64,000 nt of DNA from Candidatus Helarchaeota archaeon (GCA_019058315.1 JAHPZH010000002.1:1261910-1325909), one strand, 5' to 3'. Positions 1 through 10,928 are shown, counted from the stretch's first letter. Made by a program: numbers and translations. The notes: generated from the letters alone by a model not told the origin.

Positions 1-164
1 AAGGATCCATGTTAAAACCCAAAAATTTCAATTTATGTAAATATATTCTAACTGAGTATTAAGTTAAATTGTTATTGATGGTAGAAATTCTTTTTCTTTT
101 TTATTATTTTTGATTGAATACAAGAAAAAAGATTAAAATAAGAAAAATTTGTCTTAATAAGTAA

Positions 165-656
165 ATGATTAGAGAAATTGTGAGTAAGAAAGAACTTAAG
201 GAAAGTGTTAATGTATTAAGAAAATCATTTCTCACAGTAGCACATGAGTTCAATCTAACAAAAGAAACAGTTCCCTCAAATCCTGCATTTATCACATTAA
301 ACAGATTGGAAGAGATGCAGAATAAAGGAATAAAATTATTCGGATTATATAGCGATAAAGAACATGGAAAAAAATTGATAGGATTTATCGCAATAGAAAA
401 AGCTGATGATTTTCTTTACTATCTTGAAAAGCTAGCAGTATTACCGGAATACAGACACCGCGGATATGGGAAAAAGCTATTGGATTTTGCTTCAGATTAT
501 GTGAACAAGAAAATGGGGAAAAAAATCTCTATAGGAATAATAAATGAAAATTTAATATTGAAAAATTGGTATAAAAAGCATAATTTTATTGAAACAGGCA
601 TTAAACTATTTGATCATTTACCATTTACTGTTTGTTATTTAGAAAAAGAAATATAG
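165..656 (+). CDS. GNAT family N-acetyltransferase
   Basis: Acetyl-CoA motif A 'LAVLPEYRHRGYGKKLL' and C-terminal 'WYKKHNF'. Confidence 0.9.
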   Translation: MIREIVSKKELKESVNVLRKSFLTVAHEFNLTKETVPSNPAFITLNRLEEMQNKGIKLFGLYSDKEHGKKLIGFIAIEKADDFLYYLEKLAVLPEYRHRGYGKKLLDFASDYVNKKMGKKISIGIINENLILKNWYKKHNFIETGIKLFDHLPFTVCYLEKEI

Positions 657-698
657 AGTAAATTATATTTTATATGTAAAAATAATCGGAGAGATTAT

Positions 699-1844
699 AT
701 GGTCCATACTTATGGAGAAATGCCAGATGATTTATATTTAAAACCATTTCTTCCCTTATTATCCTTTCTTTGGCGAGTATATAAAAAATTAGGTTGGGAT
801 GGTGTTGATAATTACGAGAGAATAGGTGATGAGGGTATCTACGACTTTTTTGAAACCAGATTAAATGAATCAATTTATACATGTAAGGATGTAATTGATG
901 GCAAAATAACTGAACCTGAGAAAGTTCTTTCATATATTATTATGATTCCGAGTCTCGTTATCCGCAGCGATCTGGTTATTGGAACCCAAAAATTATTCGG
1001 TGGAGATAGCGCAGATGTTACATTCGCGGTTGTGCATGATTATAATGCTGAACTTTTAATTTTACTTAATTGCCATATTGAAGATGGAATTCCTGTAGAC
1101 TGGTATTTAATAAGAGAACAAGACGAAATTTTAGACAGACGCCACATGAAATACGGCTATAAATTAAGAGAAATACCACGTCGAGCTAAAGACATGACGA
1201 AATCTGCAAATATTTTAATGGATGTTTTGAAAGATATCCGCAATGAAAGGACACCCCAATGGAGTGATGCCGATTACTATGTAGGATCTGTAATATCTAG
1301 CTGGGCGATTAATTTATTATGCATCCCAAGTAATTATGAGAGTGCTGGAGAAACATATGATGGCTGGGCATCTAAAGAAATTTACAAATTACCTGACTAT
1401 ACATTTACGCTCCATCCATATCCATCGGCTTTTAATATGTTTTTTTATAAAGGAAGAAAGGATTTCTGTAAAATAGTTGCATCACTCACTACGAATATGA
1501 ATTTTTATATACAACCCTTTGAACCTCGGAATTTAGAGTTAATAAGGACGAGAGTTCCCGAATTATTTGCGATATATCAAGATCAAGTTCTAAATGAAGG
1601 TGTTCCATACCCAATTCAAACAATTAATAGTCAATATCAAAATATAAAAAGCAAAGATCCTAATATCAGATTTGAAAAGAAGTATCCAAAAGGGGATTTT
1701 ATCACACCTGATGATATTGGGCTTGATTTTGAAGAATTTTTACAAGGGGTTTATTTAGACGTTAACCACGAGACACCCGCTAAAAAAATAGATGAATCAA
1801 AAATTCTTTCAACTGGTATTGGACGAAATACGATATTTAAATGA
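699..1844 (+). CDS. Hypothetical soluble protein (381 aa)
   Basis: Long ORF with GGAGA RBS upstream; no motif recognised. Confidence 0.75.
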   Translation: MVHTYGEMPDDLYLKPFLPLLSFLWRVYKKLGWDGVDNYERIGDEGIYDFFETRLNESIYTCKDVIDGKITEPEKVLSYIIMIPSLVIRSDLVIGTQKLFGGDSADVTFAVVHDYNAELLILLNCHIEDGIPVDWYLIREQDEILDRRHMKYGYKLREIPRRAKDMTKSANILMDVLKDIRNERTPQWSDADYYVGSVISSWAINLLCIPSNYESAGETYDGWASKEIYKLPDYTFTLHPYPSAFNMFFYKGRKDFCKIVASLTTNMNFYIQPFEPRNLELIRTRVPELFAIYQDQVLNEGVPYPIQTINSQYQNIKSKDPNIRFEKKYPKGDFITPDDIGLDFEEFLQGVYLDVNHETPAKKIDESKILSTGIGRNTIFK

Positions 1845-1881
1845 AATCTCTCTATTTTAAAGATGAATAATTAAATATTAT

Positions 1882-1917
1882 TATAATAAAAAAGACAAGT
1901 ATAATAAAAAAGACAAG
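1882..1917. repeat. Perfect 18-bp direct repeat x2 (TATAATAAAAAAGACAAG) just upstream of the 1924 start
   Basis: Read directly from the sequence. Confidence 0.9.
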
Positions 1918-1923
1918 AAAAAA

Positions 1924-3033
1924 ATGCAATTTGGAAGTCTCTTTATCCCCTATCTAATATCGGGGATAATTTCAATGGTAATTATAATAATTGTATGTAT
2001 AACATTAATTCATAGCTATATTAAATCAAAAAACAGTACCACAATCTTTTATATTTTCTTTTTCATGATGCTCGGAGTGTGGGCATTTACAACAACTTTT
2101 TTTCCTAGTATGGATACAATTGATTCAGCTTTATTATTACAAATTATAGGAATAATATCCATTTACTTTGGGTTTTATTCACTATTTATATTCCTAGAAT
2201 TAATAAACTATGATAAAATAAATGTAGTTCGGGCTGTTTTATTTGCCTCAGTTATAATAATTTTTCTAATTGTGATTATTATCGCCCCTCCTTTATTAAT
2301 ACAATATGATTACCTTCCAAATTTCGGTTATGCAAATAAAACTGTTTTTTTAATTACAGTACTACAAGGTATACTTTTGATTGGAATTGGGATAGAATTT
2401 TTTTTAACAGCTCTTCGATTAAAAAAAATAGCAGAAACACCTGCTCAAAAACAGCAAGCACTATGGTTCATGGCAGGTCCAGCGATTGGAATATTTGGGG
2501 GTGCTCTTGCTCCCATTTTTAGATTAATTATTAATTTTCCAGGTTTATTACTATTATTCGCTTCTATTGGAATGGCTTTATCTGGTTTGGCTTTTATCAA
2601 AGACCCAAATGTTGCTTTTTTTTTACCATTCAGAGTATATAATTTGATGGTTATTAATACTGTAGGAATAAATATTTTCCATCAAAAATTTAGTGGTTCT
2701 AAAGAAGTTAATGAAGTTTTAGTTTCTGGTATGATTACAGGGATTTCGAGCTTTATGGAAGAAGCATTAGGAGTGAAATCACAACTACGAGCGATTATCT
2801 TTGGAGATAGATATGTTTTATTAGATCTAAGGGAAAAATTTGGTGCCTTTATTGATTCGGAATCAGCTTCCAAAACTCTAAAAATAGCTCTAGAAAAATT
2901 TGCGGATTATTTTGAATCGAAATTTTCCGAATATTTAAATAAATCATCCAAAAATGTAAATGTCTATAAGTCAGCAATTGCTGGAGTTGAAAAATATTTC
3001 GGATTTTTACCTGGTTCTTGGAAATCACATTAA
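1924..3033 (+). CDS. 7TM membrane protein with C-terminal longin-like domain
   Basis: About 7 hydrophobic segments, then a ~135-aa bb-a-bbb-aa pattern (LMVINTVGINIF...LVSGMITGISSF...LEKFADYFESKF). Confidence 0.75.
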   Translation: MQFGSLFIPYLISGIISMVIIIIVCITLIHSYIKSKNSTTIFYIFFFMMLGVWAFTTTFFPSMDTIDSALLLQIIGIISIYFGFYSLFIFLELINYDKINVVRAVLFASVIIIFLIVIIIAPPLLIQYDYLPNFGYANKTVFLITVLQGILLIGIGIEFFLTALRLKKIAETPAQKQQALWFMAGPAIGIFGGALAPIFRLIINFPGLLLLFASIGMALSGLAFIKDPNVAFFLPFRVYNLMVINTVGINIFHQKFSGSKEVNEVLVSGMITGISSFMEEALGVKSQLRAIIFGDRYVLLDLREKFGAFIDSESASKTLKIALEKFADYFESKFSEYLNKSSKNVNVYKSAIAGVEKYFGFLPGSWKSH

Positions 3034-3074
3034 ACATTTAAATTACTTTTCAATATCATAGGATGTTTTAAGAT

Positions 3075-3416
3075 TTGAAAAAATGTAAGATATGTAAAAA
3101 ACCTCTTGTATATACAAAAATTATTGAAAAAGACAAAAAACTAATGATTAAAGCTGTCTGTAAAAACAATCATGAGAATGAAATAGAGGAAAGGATAAAA
3201 AATCGAACCCCATGGCTTAGAAAGCTTGCAAAAAATATTTTTACTTGTAAAGAATGCGGGAAAATATTAAAACCTGGAAAAAAAGATGAAATAGAAGATA
3301 CTGGTGACATGTTTAAAATTCCAGTTAGATGTCCAGCTGGCTGTAAAGATGATATAAGATTAATTGATAAAAAATTTATGACCTATCTTACATTATCGCA
3401 GTATGAATTACGATAA
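3075..3416 (+). CDS. Double zinc-ribbon protein
   Basis: CKIC...CKNNH and CKECG...CPAGC; TTG start. Confidence 0.7.
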   Translation: MKKCKICKKPLVYTKIIEKDKKLMIKAVCKNNHENEIEERIKNRTPWLRKLAKNIFTCKECGKILKPGKKDEIEDTGDMFKIPVRCPAGCKDDIRLIDKKFMTYLTLSQYELR

Positions 3417-3493
3417 GTATTAAAGTAACTATTTTTTTTAATCTAGCATTATTATTTGGAATCTTAAAGTTCTTCTTCTTTGTTGAAAATAAA

Positions 3494-4534
3494 ATGACGA
3501 TAGTAAAACATACATCTTATGAAAAAATGAGTGAGAGTTTAAACAAATGGAGACTCTCAAAAAGTGATTATGGCTTATTTAATAAAACAAAATGGGTCGT
3601 GACTGAAAAAATACATGGTGCTAACTTCTGTATTCATACAAATGGTAAAGTGATCGAATTCGCTAAAAGAAAAGAAATATTGCCAGAGGGAGAAGATTTT
3701 TTTGGACATACTTCTTTAAAAGAATATTTTAAACCAAAAATTTTCGAATTATTTGTGTTAATTAAAGAAAAAAATAAAGAAATTGTACAAATTTCAGTTT
3801 ATGGAGAGCTGTTTGGTGGTGAATATCCGCATCCAGAAGTTCTTCCTAATCCAAATGTGCAAGCTATTCAAACTGGAATTTATTATTCTCCAAATATCGA
3901 ATTATGTATATTTGATATTGCAATTACTGATAGCTCTGGAAATAGAGATTATTTAGAATTTAGCTTTCTTGAAAAATATTGCAAACAATTAGGTCTTTTT
4001 TACACCGAACCTTTATTTATTGGGAAATTTAATGAAGCTATTAATTATAAACTCGGATTTAAATCCACTATTCCGCGAAAATTAGGTTATCCACCTCTGA
4101 AAAACATTGAAAATAAAGCTGAGGGAATTGTAATTAAACCATATAAGAGCTTTTTTATAACAACCCACAAGGGCAAGTTAAGGCCTGTTTTGAAGAAAAA
4201 AATTCCTGAATTTTCTGAAGATAAACGCTTCCAACAAGCTCGTAAGTGGGATTATTCTCAAAAGCATAAAAAGAAACAGCAAATAAAGGTTGATGAAAAA
4301 TTTTTGGAAAACGAGGTAATCCCGTTAATTACAAGACAAAGATTAAATAATGCAATATCTAAAGTAGGAAAATTAACAAAAAAAAATAAGAAGAAAATTA
4401 GAATTGAACTATCAGAAGATATCTTAGAAACTTTAAATGATAATTTTAATAAATTCTTTGAAAATTTAGAGCAAGATAAAAAGGAAATGATTTTAGAAGT
4501 TATTAACAAACAAATTTCAAAGTTAATTAATTAA
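3494..4534 (+). CDS. Rnl2-family ATP-dependent RNA ligase
   Basis: Motif I EKIHGAN, GELFGG, FDI, EGIVIKP, KKK; Rnl2-type C-domain 'RLNNAISKVG'. Confidence 0.88.
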   Translation: MTIVKHTSYEKMSESLNKWRLSKSDYGLFNKTKWVVTEKIHGANFCIHTNGKVIEFAKRKEILPEGEDFFGHTSLKEYFKPKIFELFVLIKEKNKEIVQISVYGELFGGEYPHPEVLPNPNVQAIQTGIYYSPNIELCIFDIAITDSSGNRDYLEFSFLEKYCKQLGLFYTEPLFIGKFNEAINYKLGFKSTIPRKLGYPPLKNIENKAEGIVIKPYKSFFITTHKGKLRPVLKKKIPEFSEDKRFQQARKWDYSQKHKKKQQIKVDEKFLENEVIPLITRQRLNNAISKVGKLTKKNKKKIRIELSEDILETLNDNFNKFFENLEQDKKEMILEVINKQISKLIN

Positions 4535-4558
4535 AGACTTAAAATTTTAGGTGTTTTA

Positions 4559-5353
4559 ATGAGCAAAAATCATAATAAAAGGTTAATTAATAAAGTGGCA
4601 CTCATTACCGGAGCGGGATCTGGAATTGGAAGAGCTACAAGTTTGAGATATGCGAAAGAAGGAGCAAGAATTATTGTTGTTGATATGAATATCGAAACTG
4701 CTGAAGAAACAGTCAAAATAATAAAAAATGAAATAAATGGAGAAGCAGTTGCTATTGAATGCGATATCAGTATTAGAGAAACAGTAAAATCTATGGTAAA
4801 ACAAGCATATAGTCAATTTTCTCGAATCGATATATTATTTAACAACGCTGGAATTGGAACACTTTCATACGGGGAGTTAGTTAATATAAGTGAAATTACA
4901 TGGGATAAGGTTATGAATGTTAACTTAAGAGGGAATTGGTTAGTCTCAAAATTTGTTGCTAAAAGAATGAAAAAACAAGATCTTATAGGAGAATTACGCG
5001 GAAAGATAATTAATAATGCATCATTATTGGGAAAAAAACCAACTTCTCCAGTAGGGGTTTATTCGATTACGAAAGCTAGTTTAATTGCTATGACAAGGAT
5101 TTTTGCTCAAGAATTAGCACCTTATAAAATAACAGTAAACGCTATATGTCCAGGATTTATGTTGACAGGGATATTTATGAATGATGAAAGAGCCATAAAC
5201 GAAATGATTCGATTTTGGGGAAAACCAATTCTACTCGAACGGACAGGAACCGCCGAAGATGTAGCAAATGTTATGTTTTTCTTAGCTTCAGATGACTCAA
5301 ATTACCTAACTGGGCAATCAATTAGCTGTGATGGTGGTTGTACAATTGTATAG
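4559..5353 (+). CDS. SDR family oxidoreductase (FabG-like)
   Basis: TGAGSGIG, NNAG, YSITK. Confidence 0.93.
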   Translation: MSKNHNKRLINKVALITGAGSGIGRATSLRYAKEGARIIVVDMNIETAEETVKIIKNEINGEAVAIECDISIRETVKSMVKQAYSQFSRIDILFNNAGIGTLSYGELVNISEITWDKVMNVNLRGNWLVSKFVAKRMKKQDLIGELRGKIINNASLLGKKPTSPVGVYSITKASLIAMTRIFAQELAPYKITVNAICPGFMLTGIFMNDERAINEMIRFWGKPILLERTGTAEDVANVMFFLASDDSNYLTGQSISCDGGCTIV

Positions 5354-5416
5354 AAAACCACAAAATTAAAAATAATAATTGAAAAAAATTAATTTGGTGA
5401 AAAAAATAACAAAATT

Positions 5417-6223
5417 TTGGGTGTTTTAATGAGTAACAATAATAATAAAAGACTAATTAACAAGGTAGCACTTATAACTGGAGCTGGATCTGGAATTGGA
5501 AGAGCTACCAGCTTAAGATTTGCTAAAGAAGGAGCAAACGTCATTGTTACTGATGTTAATATAGAAACTGCTCAAGAAACTGTAAAATTGATAAAGAAGG
5601 ATTTTCAAGGAGAGGCAATTGCCTTTGGTTGCGATATTAGTAATAAAGATGATGTCAAATCTATGGTAAAACAAGTATCTGATCAATTTAATCGTATAGA
5701 TATACTATTTAATAACGCAGGGATTGGGACCTATTCACTAGGAGAGCTTACTAATATAAATTTAAAAATCTGGGATGAAGTAATGGGTGTGAATTTACGG
5801 GGGACATGGTTAGTTTCTAAATTTGTAGCAAAAAAAATGAAAAAACAAGATATTATTGGTGAGTTACGGGGTAAAATTATTAATAATGCATCGATGGCTG
5901 GAGTAATTCCTTCAACCCCATTAGGAGTTTATTCAATTAGTAAAGCTGGTGTAATTGCCATGACAAAGATCTATGCTCAAGAATTAGCACCTTTCAAAAT
6001 AACAGTAAACTCGATCTGTCCTGGCTTCCATGTAACTGGAGTGTATTTTAATGATGAAAAATTCATAGAGAAAGCCCTTGAGTACTGGGGAAGGTCAATT
6101 CCATTAGAACGTATTGGAACAGCTGAGGATGTGGCAAATGTCATGTTCTTTTTAGCATCAGAAGACTCTAACTATTTGACTGGTCAGTCAATTAGCTGTG
6201 ACGGTGGATGTACCGTTGCTTAA
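5417..6223 (+). CDS. SDR family oxidoreductase, tandem paralog (likely start ATG 5429)
   Basis: TGAGSGIG, NNAG, YSISK; highly similar to 4559..5353. Confidence 0.93.
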   Translation: MGVLMSNNNNKRLINKVALITGAGSGIGRATSLRFAKEGANVIVTDVNIETAQETVKLIKKDFQGEAIAFGCDISNKDDVKSMVKQVSDQFNRIDILFNNAGIGTYSLGELTNINLKIWDEVMGVNLRGTWLVSKFVAKKMKKQDIIGELRGKIINNASMAGVIPSTPLGVYSISKAGVIAMTKIYAQELAPFKITVNSICPGFHVTGVYFNDEKFIEKALEYWGRSIPLERIGTAEDVANVMFFLASEDSNYLTGQSISCDGGCTVA

Positions 6224-6260
6224 TAAATATAGGTTAAAAAATATATGATTTAAAATTAAT

Positions 6261-6560
6261 ATGGTGATGAATTTGAAAGAAGTTGAAATAGTTGAAATTG
6301 CTATAATAGGAGCAATAGTTTTTGGCATTTGTTTTGGAATATCTATTCTTATGTCTTGGTTAGATTATTTATTTAATTGGCCTCTTATTAGAATTCTCAA
6401 ATTTGTGCAATTTGAGTGGTGGCATTGGCTTACTTTTAGACATTTCTGGACTTACATATATGCCACTGACTTACCTGCATATCTAATGTACATGGCAATT
6501 TTTAGTGGTATCATAGCAGCTGTGTTTTTATTCTTCTATGCTGGAAGAGATTGGGAGTAA
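6261..6560 (+). CDS. Small membrane protein (about 2 TM, Trp/His-rich loop)
   Basis: Two hydrophobic segments flanking WWHWLTFRHFW. Confidence 0.65.
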   Translation: MVMNLKEVEIVEIAIIGAIVFGICFGISILMSWLDYLFNWPLIRILKFVQFEWWHWLTFRHFWTYIYATDLPAYLMYMAIFSGIIAAVFLFFYAGRDWE

Positions 6561-6616
6561 TTTAATAATTTCTTATTTATTTTTAAAAATTCAAACACCA
6601 TATTGGAAGTATTTTT

Positions 6617-8023
6617 ATGCATATTTTAGATTATTTTTTTAAACCAAAATCCATTGCTATTATTGGTGCTTCTAAGAACCCAATGGCGTGGGGAAATTGG
6701 GTTTCACAAAGTGCACTTGGATATAAAGAAAAAGGGAATGTTTATTTAATCAATCCCAAGACTGAAAAAATATTAGGTGAAAAAACATTCCCAAATCTAA
6801 GTGTAATTGATGATCAAATTGATTTTGCTGCAATTATCTTGCCAATAAAAAGAGTCTCAAACGCATTAGACGAGTGCTTAGATAATGGAGTAAAAGCTGC
6901 AACAATTATAACTGCAGGATATGCAGAAACCGAAGAAGGGCGTCCTCTGCAAGGAGAATTAGAAAAATTTTCAAAACGTGGCATAAGACTCCAAGGACCG
7001 AACTGTAATGGTTTTTATAATGTTGCAATGGGTATAAATGTTAGCGCAATCCCTAATAAATTCTTAAGGGATTCGCCCGTGGCATTCGTAACGCAATCTG
7101 GATACATTGGTCATGCTTTGTCTTTATGGGGAGGTGCACGAAATTTATCCTTTGGAAAATATATTAGCGTAGGTAATGAAGCAGATTTAACAATTACGGA
7201 TTATCTAGAATATTTTAGTAATGATCCTACAGTTAAAGTAATTGTTCTTTACATCGAGGGGTTAAAAAATGGTAGGCGATTTTTTAAAGAAGCAAAAAAT
7301 GCAATTCAAAAACGACCAATTATTGTTTGGAAGACGGGAGAATCTAAGGCAGTTGCAAGAGCTGCAGGATCTCATACTGGAAAAATAGTAGGTTCGAAAT
7401 CTATTTTTGATGGTGTTTCAAAGCAAATAGGATTCATTCAAATAAAAGAACCGGAGCATATATTACCCCTATCTCATGCATTATTTAAACATCCTCCTCT
7501 AAATGGAAAAAGAATTGGTGTTATGACAATTGGTGCTGGATTTGCAGTAATTCTAACAAATGCAATTTCAGATAGTGGATTAATAGTCCCAGAATTTTCT
7601 GATGAGGTAAAGATAAAACTTAGAAAAGTCATAAAAGAATATAGGGCATCGATAAAGAATCCAATAGACATAGGAGCTGCTGGGAATTATGATCTTAACA
7701 CAATAATAAAACCTATGAAAATAATATTTGATGAAAATGCAGTTGATGCCATAGTTATGGCTAATATTGGAGAAAATGAATTAGTTATTAAGGAAGCAGG
7801 TATTATGGAAGATTATTTAGCAAAACAAATACAACTATTAGAACAAAAATATGAGCGTCCAATTTTATTATACACAATCATTTCTGAATTTGAAAGTTCA
7901 TCAGTTAAAAAAATTTCAAAAAGAGGTCCTATTTACCACAGTGCTTCGGAAGTAGTGACTGTTTTAAAAGGATTATATCAATTTCGCCAAAATGAACTAA
8001 AATCTTTAAAATTAATAGAGTAA
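6617..8023 (+). CDS. Acyl-CoA synthetase (NDP-forming) alpha subunit
   Basis: PKSIAIIGAS, GPNC, TQSG, SVGNEAD, phospho-His 'SHTG'. Confidence 0.88.
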   Translation: MHILDYFFKPKSIAIIGASKNPMAWGNWVSQSALGYKEKGNVYLINPKTEKILGEKTFPNLSVIDDQIDFAAIILPIKRVSNALDECLDNGVKAATIITAGYAETEEGRPLQGELEKFSKRGIRLQGPNCNGFYNVAMGINVSAIPNKFLRDSPVAFVTQSGYIGHALSLWGGARNLSFGKYISVGNEADLTITDYLEYFSNDPTVKVIVLYIEGLKNGRRFFKEAKNAIQKRPIIVWKTGESKAVARAAGSHTGKIVGSKSIFDGVSKQIGFIQIKEPEHILPLSHALFKHPPLNGKRIGVMTIGAGFAVILTNAISDSGLIVPEFSDEVKIKLRKVIKEYRASIKNPIDIGAAGNYDLNTIIKPMKIIFDENAVDAIVMANIGENELVIKEAGIMEDYLAKQIQLLEQKYERPILLYTIISEFESSSVKKISKRGPIYHSASEVVTVLKGLYQFRQNELKSLKLIE

Positions 8024-8125
8024 ATTTCATTTAATTGTGCCATTCTTTATTTGCATTGTTTTTTTGATTAAAAGTAACAACTTAAATATTAGATTATTAT
8101 AAACTATCTACAATCATTTGAAGGG

Positions 8126-9838
8126 ATGGCTTTGATAGAAAAAGAAAATACAAAAATTACTGATTCTGTGGAATTTAAAAAACCGTCAAAAGAAGAACGC
8201 AAAAAAATTAGAGAAAAGCGAAAAGCAGAGACAGGTATGCCTACTAAAATGAACCTATACCTCTGGTTCGTGCTTATATTCGCCGGGATCGTCACATTCT
8301 TCGATGGTTGGTGTACACTAGCGATTACCTTAGCTATGGGAAGTTTTGTAGGGGAATTAAATATTGTAGAACAAGTAAATAATCCAGATCTTTTTAATTA
8401 TTTCGGACTTGGAGCGTCGCCCATTATGATGGGAATTATTCTCAGCATAGCGGGAACTGGGGTAGTTCTCGCAATCTCGTTTAAATATTTCGTTGATAAA
8501 TATGGGAGACGTCCTTTAACTCTCATTACTGCCGTCCCATTTATTGGATTCTCCGTTTTGACTGCATTTAGTCCTCCTAATGGTTTAATACTATTTCTTA
8601 TTCTTCGAATTTTAGCGAATTATTTCCTATCTGCAGATATAGTTACGATTATAATCGCTGAAGAATCACCGGCAAATATTAGAGGAAGATTAGTTGCTAT
8701 AGTTCTTGCAACAAATGCTATTGGGGGAATGGCATGTGGGATAATTCAATCATTAGGATTTAGAATCCCAATCCCTGGTCCATGGGGATTTGCTGGATCG
8801 CAGGTAGGGAGCATGACGGTCTGGCAGAGCTTATTTTTTCTTACAATTATAGGATACATTTTTGTGGTTCCGTTATTTTTTTTGTTAAAAGAGACTAAGC
8901 GATTTACAGCTATGAAAAAGTACGAAGATTGGCGAAAGAAGAAAGGATTAAAACCAAAGACTGGCTGGTTTGTTCCTTTACAAAGGAAATATGCCCGTGG
9001 AATGGTGACTAGTATGATTGTGGGATTTTTAGCCCAACTTATATATTTCGCCCAAGTGACCTTCTTTGGCTTGTATTTCGCTAAAGAACTGAATATGTCT
9101 TCAAAAGCAATTGGGATGGTATCATTACCGTTAATGGCAGCAGCAGGTATTGGGATGATAATCGCTGGTCCTATTATAGACAGATGGGGTAGGCTCCCTG
9201 TTATCCACCGTTTCGGATGTACTACTCTTATTGGAGGTATGATTTTCTCTTGGCCTACCGTGTTTGTCTGTGGTGACATATCAAATCCTTTACTCACAAC
9301 TATTGCTGTGACCGGTGGGATGATTGGGATTTTCTCTCTTGTAATATTATCTGCTGCGGGTGCAATTATAGCTTTAGAATTATTGCCGACTCATATCATC
9401 AGCACAGCAATGGGCTGGATTGGAGCTATATCAAGAGGAGCAGTTATTGTAGCACCTTTCTTAATGATGTATGGGGCAGAAGCACTGGGAGGTTTAGGAC
9501 TTTCATACCAATTTATGTTCGTACTTATGGGAATGCCCTTAACAACGGTATTATTTGTAGCGTATTTATTAGTCCCAGAAAGTAAAGGCAGAGCATTAGA
9601 AGAAATTGTAGCTACTGAAGTATACACCAAAATAAAAAAAGCAGATGAAAAAAAGTATAAAGAACCGTATTACTTCTATCTGTCGGCTCTAATTTCATTT
9701 ATTGTTTGTGCTCCTATATATGGGCTTACTACTGATGGTTCTTTTTCAGCTATATTAGCCATGGTTGGATTCTATGGCAGTTTATGCCTAATTTGTTTTT
9801 TATTAGCAATTTGGGTTCGTAGAATGATTACAGAGTAA
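8126..9838 (+). CDS. MFS transporter with C-terminal 2-TM extension
   Basis: Motif A 'DKYGRR' and 'DRWGR', 'PESKGRALEEI'. Confidence 0.88.
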   Translation: MALIEKENTKITDSVEFKKPSKEERKKIREKRKAETGMPTKMNLYLWFVLIFAGIVTFFDGWCTLAITLAMGSFVGELNIVEQVNNPDLFNYFGLGASPIMMGIILSIAGTGVVLAISFKYFVDKYGRRPLTLITAVPFIGFSVLTAFSPPNGLILFLILRILANYFLSADIVTIIIAEESPANIRGRLVAIVLATNAIGGMACGIIQSLGFRIPIPGPWGFAGSQVGSMTVWQSLFFLTIIGYIFVVPLFFLLKETKRFTAMKKYEDWRKKKGLKPKTGWFVPLQRKYARGMVTSMIVGFLAQLIYFAQVTFFGLYFAKELNMSSKAIGMVSLPLMAAAGIGMIIAGPIIDRWGRLPVIHRFGCTTLIGGMIFSWPTVFVCGDISNPLLTTIAVTGGMIGIFSLVILSAAGAIIALELLPTHIISTAMGWIGAISRGAVIVAPFLMMYGAEALGGLGLSYQFMFVLMGMPLTTVLFVAYLLVPESKGRALEEIVATEVYTKIKKADEKKYKEPYYFYLSALISFIVCAPIYGLTTDGSFSAILAMVGFYGSLCLICFLLAIWVRRMITE

Positions 9839-9882
9839 AAAAGTCATTGAATTAGAACTTTTTTCTAAATATCTTTTAATTT

Positions 9883-10824
9883 TTATTTTAAATAATAATT
9901 TCCATTTTCTTTAATGATTTTACCCTTATCCTCTAATCGTTCCAAATGTTTACGAATTCCAACAGTCTCCCAATTAAAAACCCAAGGATCTATTAAAAAT
10001 TTTGGTCCTCCATAAAGTAAGCCATAATCTCGTATTTGTTCTAATGTTAAAGGGCCATTTTCTAGTTGATTTAAAATCTTTATATCCCGTCTATCAATAA
10101 TTGAAAGATAATCTCTTAAATTCTCCCTAAAATCTTCCCGAGTTACAACTCCTATCTCATGAGCCGTGATAAAAAAATCTACATTAAATTTCGCTATCTT
10201 ATTGGCAGAATCAATAAAATCCTGAATATCTGAGTCCGTACCATGATACCAAGGTCCCCATAGAGTTAAATCGATATCACCTGAATAAATAGCCCCTTCG
10301 TTAGGAAATAATAAACAAGAAAAACCTGCAGAATGTCCAGGAGTTGCAATAATTTTCATTTCTGTCGAGCCAAAATTAAACACTTGTTCATTATGATAAA
10401 TCCCATCAAGTCGTTGTGTTGACAGAACCCATTTATGATTTCGAGAGGGGGAATAAGGTGTTTGTTCAGAATTTGGATCCTTTGTATATTTTAACCAGTC
10501 ATCTATTCCTTGTTGTCCTCTTACTTCATAAGCTCCTACTTTTTTAGGAATGTTAGTTCTATCTTTAAAACAAACACTTTCTATTTCATTTATGAAAATT
10601 TTTGATTTAGAGAACAGAAAATTATTACAAATATGATCAAAGTGATAATGTGTGTTCAAAACTATGTCAATTGTGTTATTTTTCAAAATATTTCTTAAAA
10701 TATTTTCATCAGCACCTGGATCTATTATAACTTTAGTTTTATCATCAATAAAAATTGTTCTGCAAGCCGGAAATCTAGAATATTTCTTCTCTGATAGAAG
10801 TTTTAAATTACCAATTTCTTTCAA
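9883..10824 (-). CDS. MBL-fold metallo-hydrolase with C-terminal winged helix-like tail
   Basis: THYHFDH, TPGHS, SGD, TAHE. Confidence 0.87.
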   Translation of the reverse strand: MKEIGNLKLLSEKKYSRFPACRTIFIDDKTKVIIDPGADENILRNILKNNTIDIVLNTHYHFDHICNNFLFSKSKIFINEIESVCFKDRTNIPKKVGAYEVRGQQGIDDWLKYTKDPNSEQTPYSPSRNHKWVLSTQRLDGIYHNEQVFNFGSTEMKIIATPGHSAGFSCLLFPNEGAIYSGDIDLTLWGPWYHGTDSDIQDFIDSANKIAKFNVDFFITAHEIGVVTREDFRENLRDYLSIIDRRDIKILNQLENGPLTLEQIRDYGLLYGGPKFLIDPWVFNWETVGIRKHLERLEDKGKIIKENGNYYLK

Positions 10825-10928
10825 TTATATCAACAATACGTATAAGATTTAATATTAGAAATTTATTGATTCATTTAATGTCAATGATGTAAAAAATCAG
10901 TTATTAGAAAATAATTGGTTGTAAATTT

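Noticed and set aside
8746-9297. 183-aa antisense ORF, and similar short antisense ORFs throughout the track
   Set aside because: They overlap well-supported genes on the opposite strand and show no motifs
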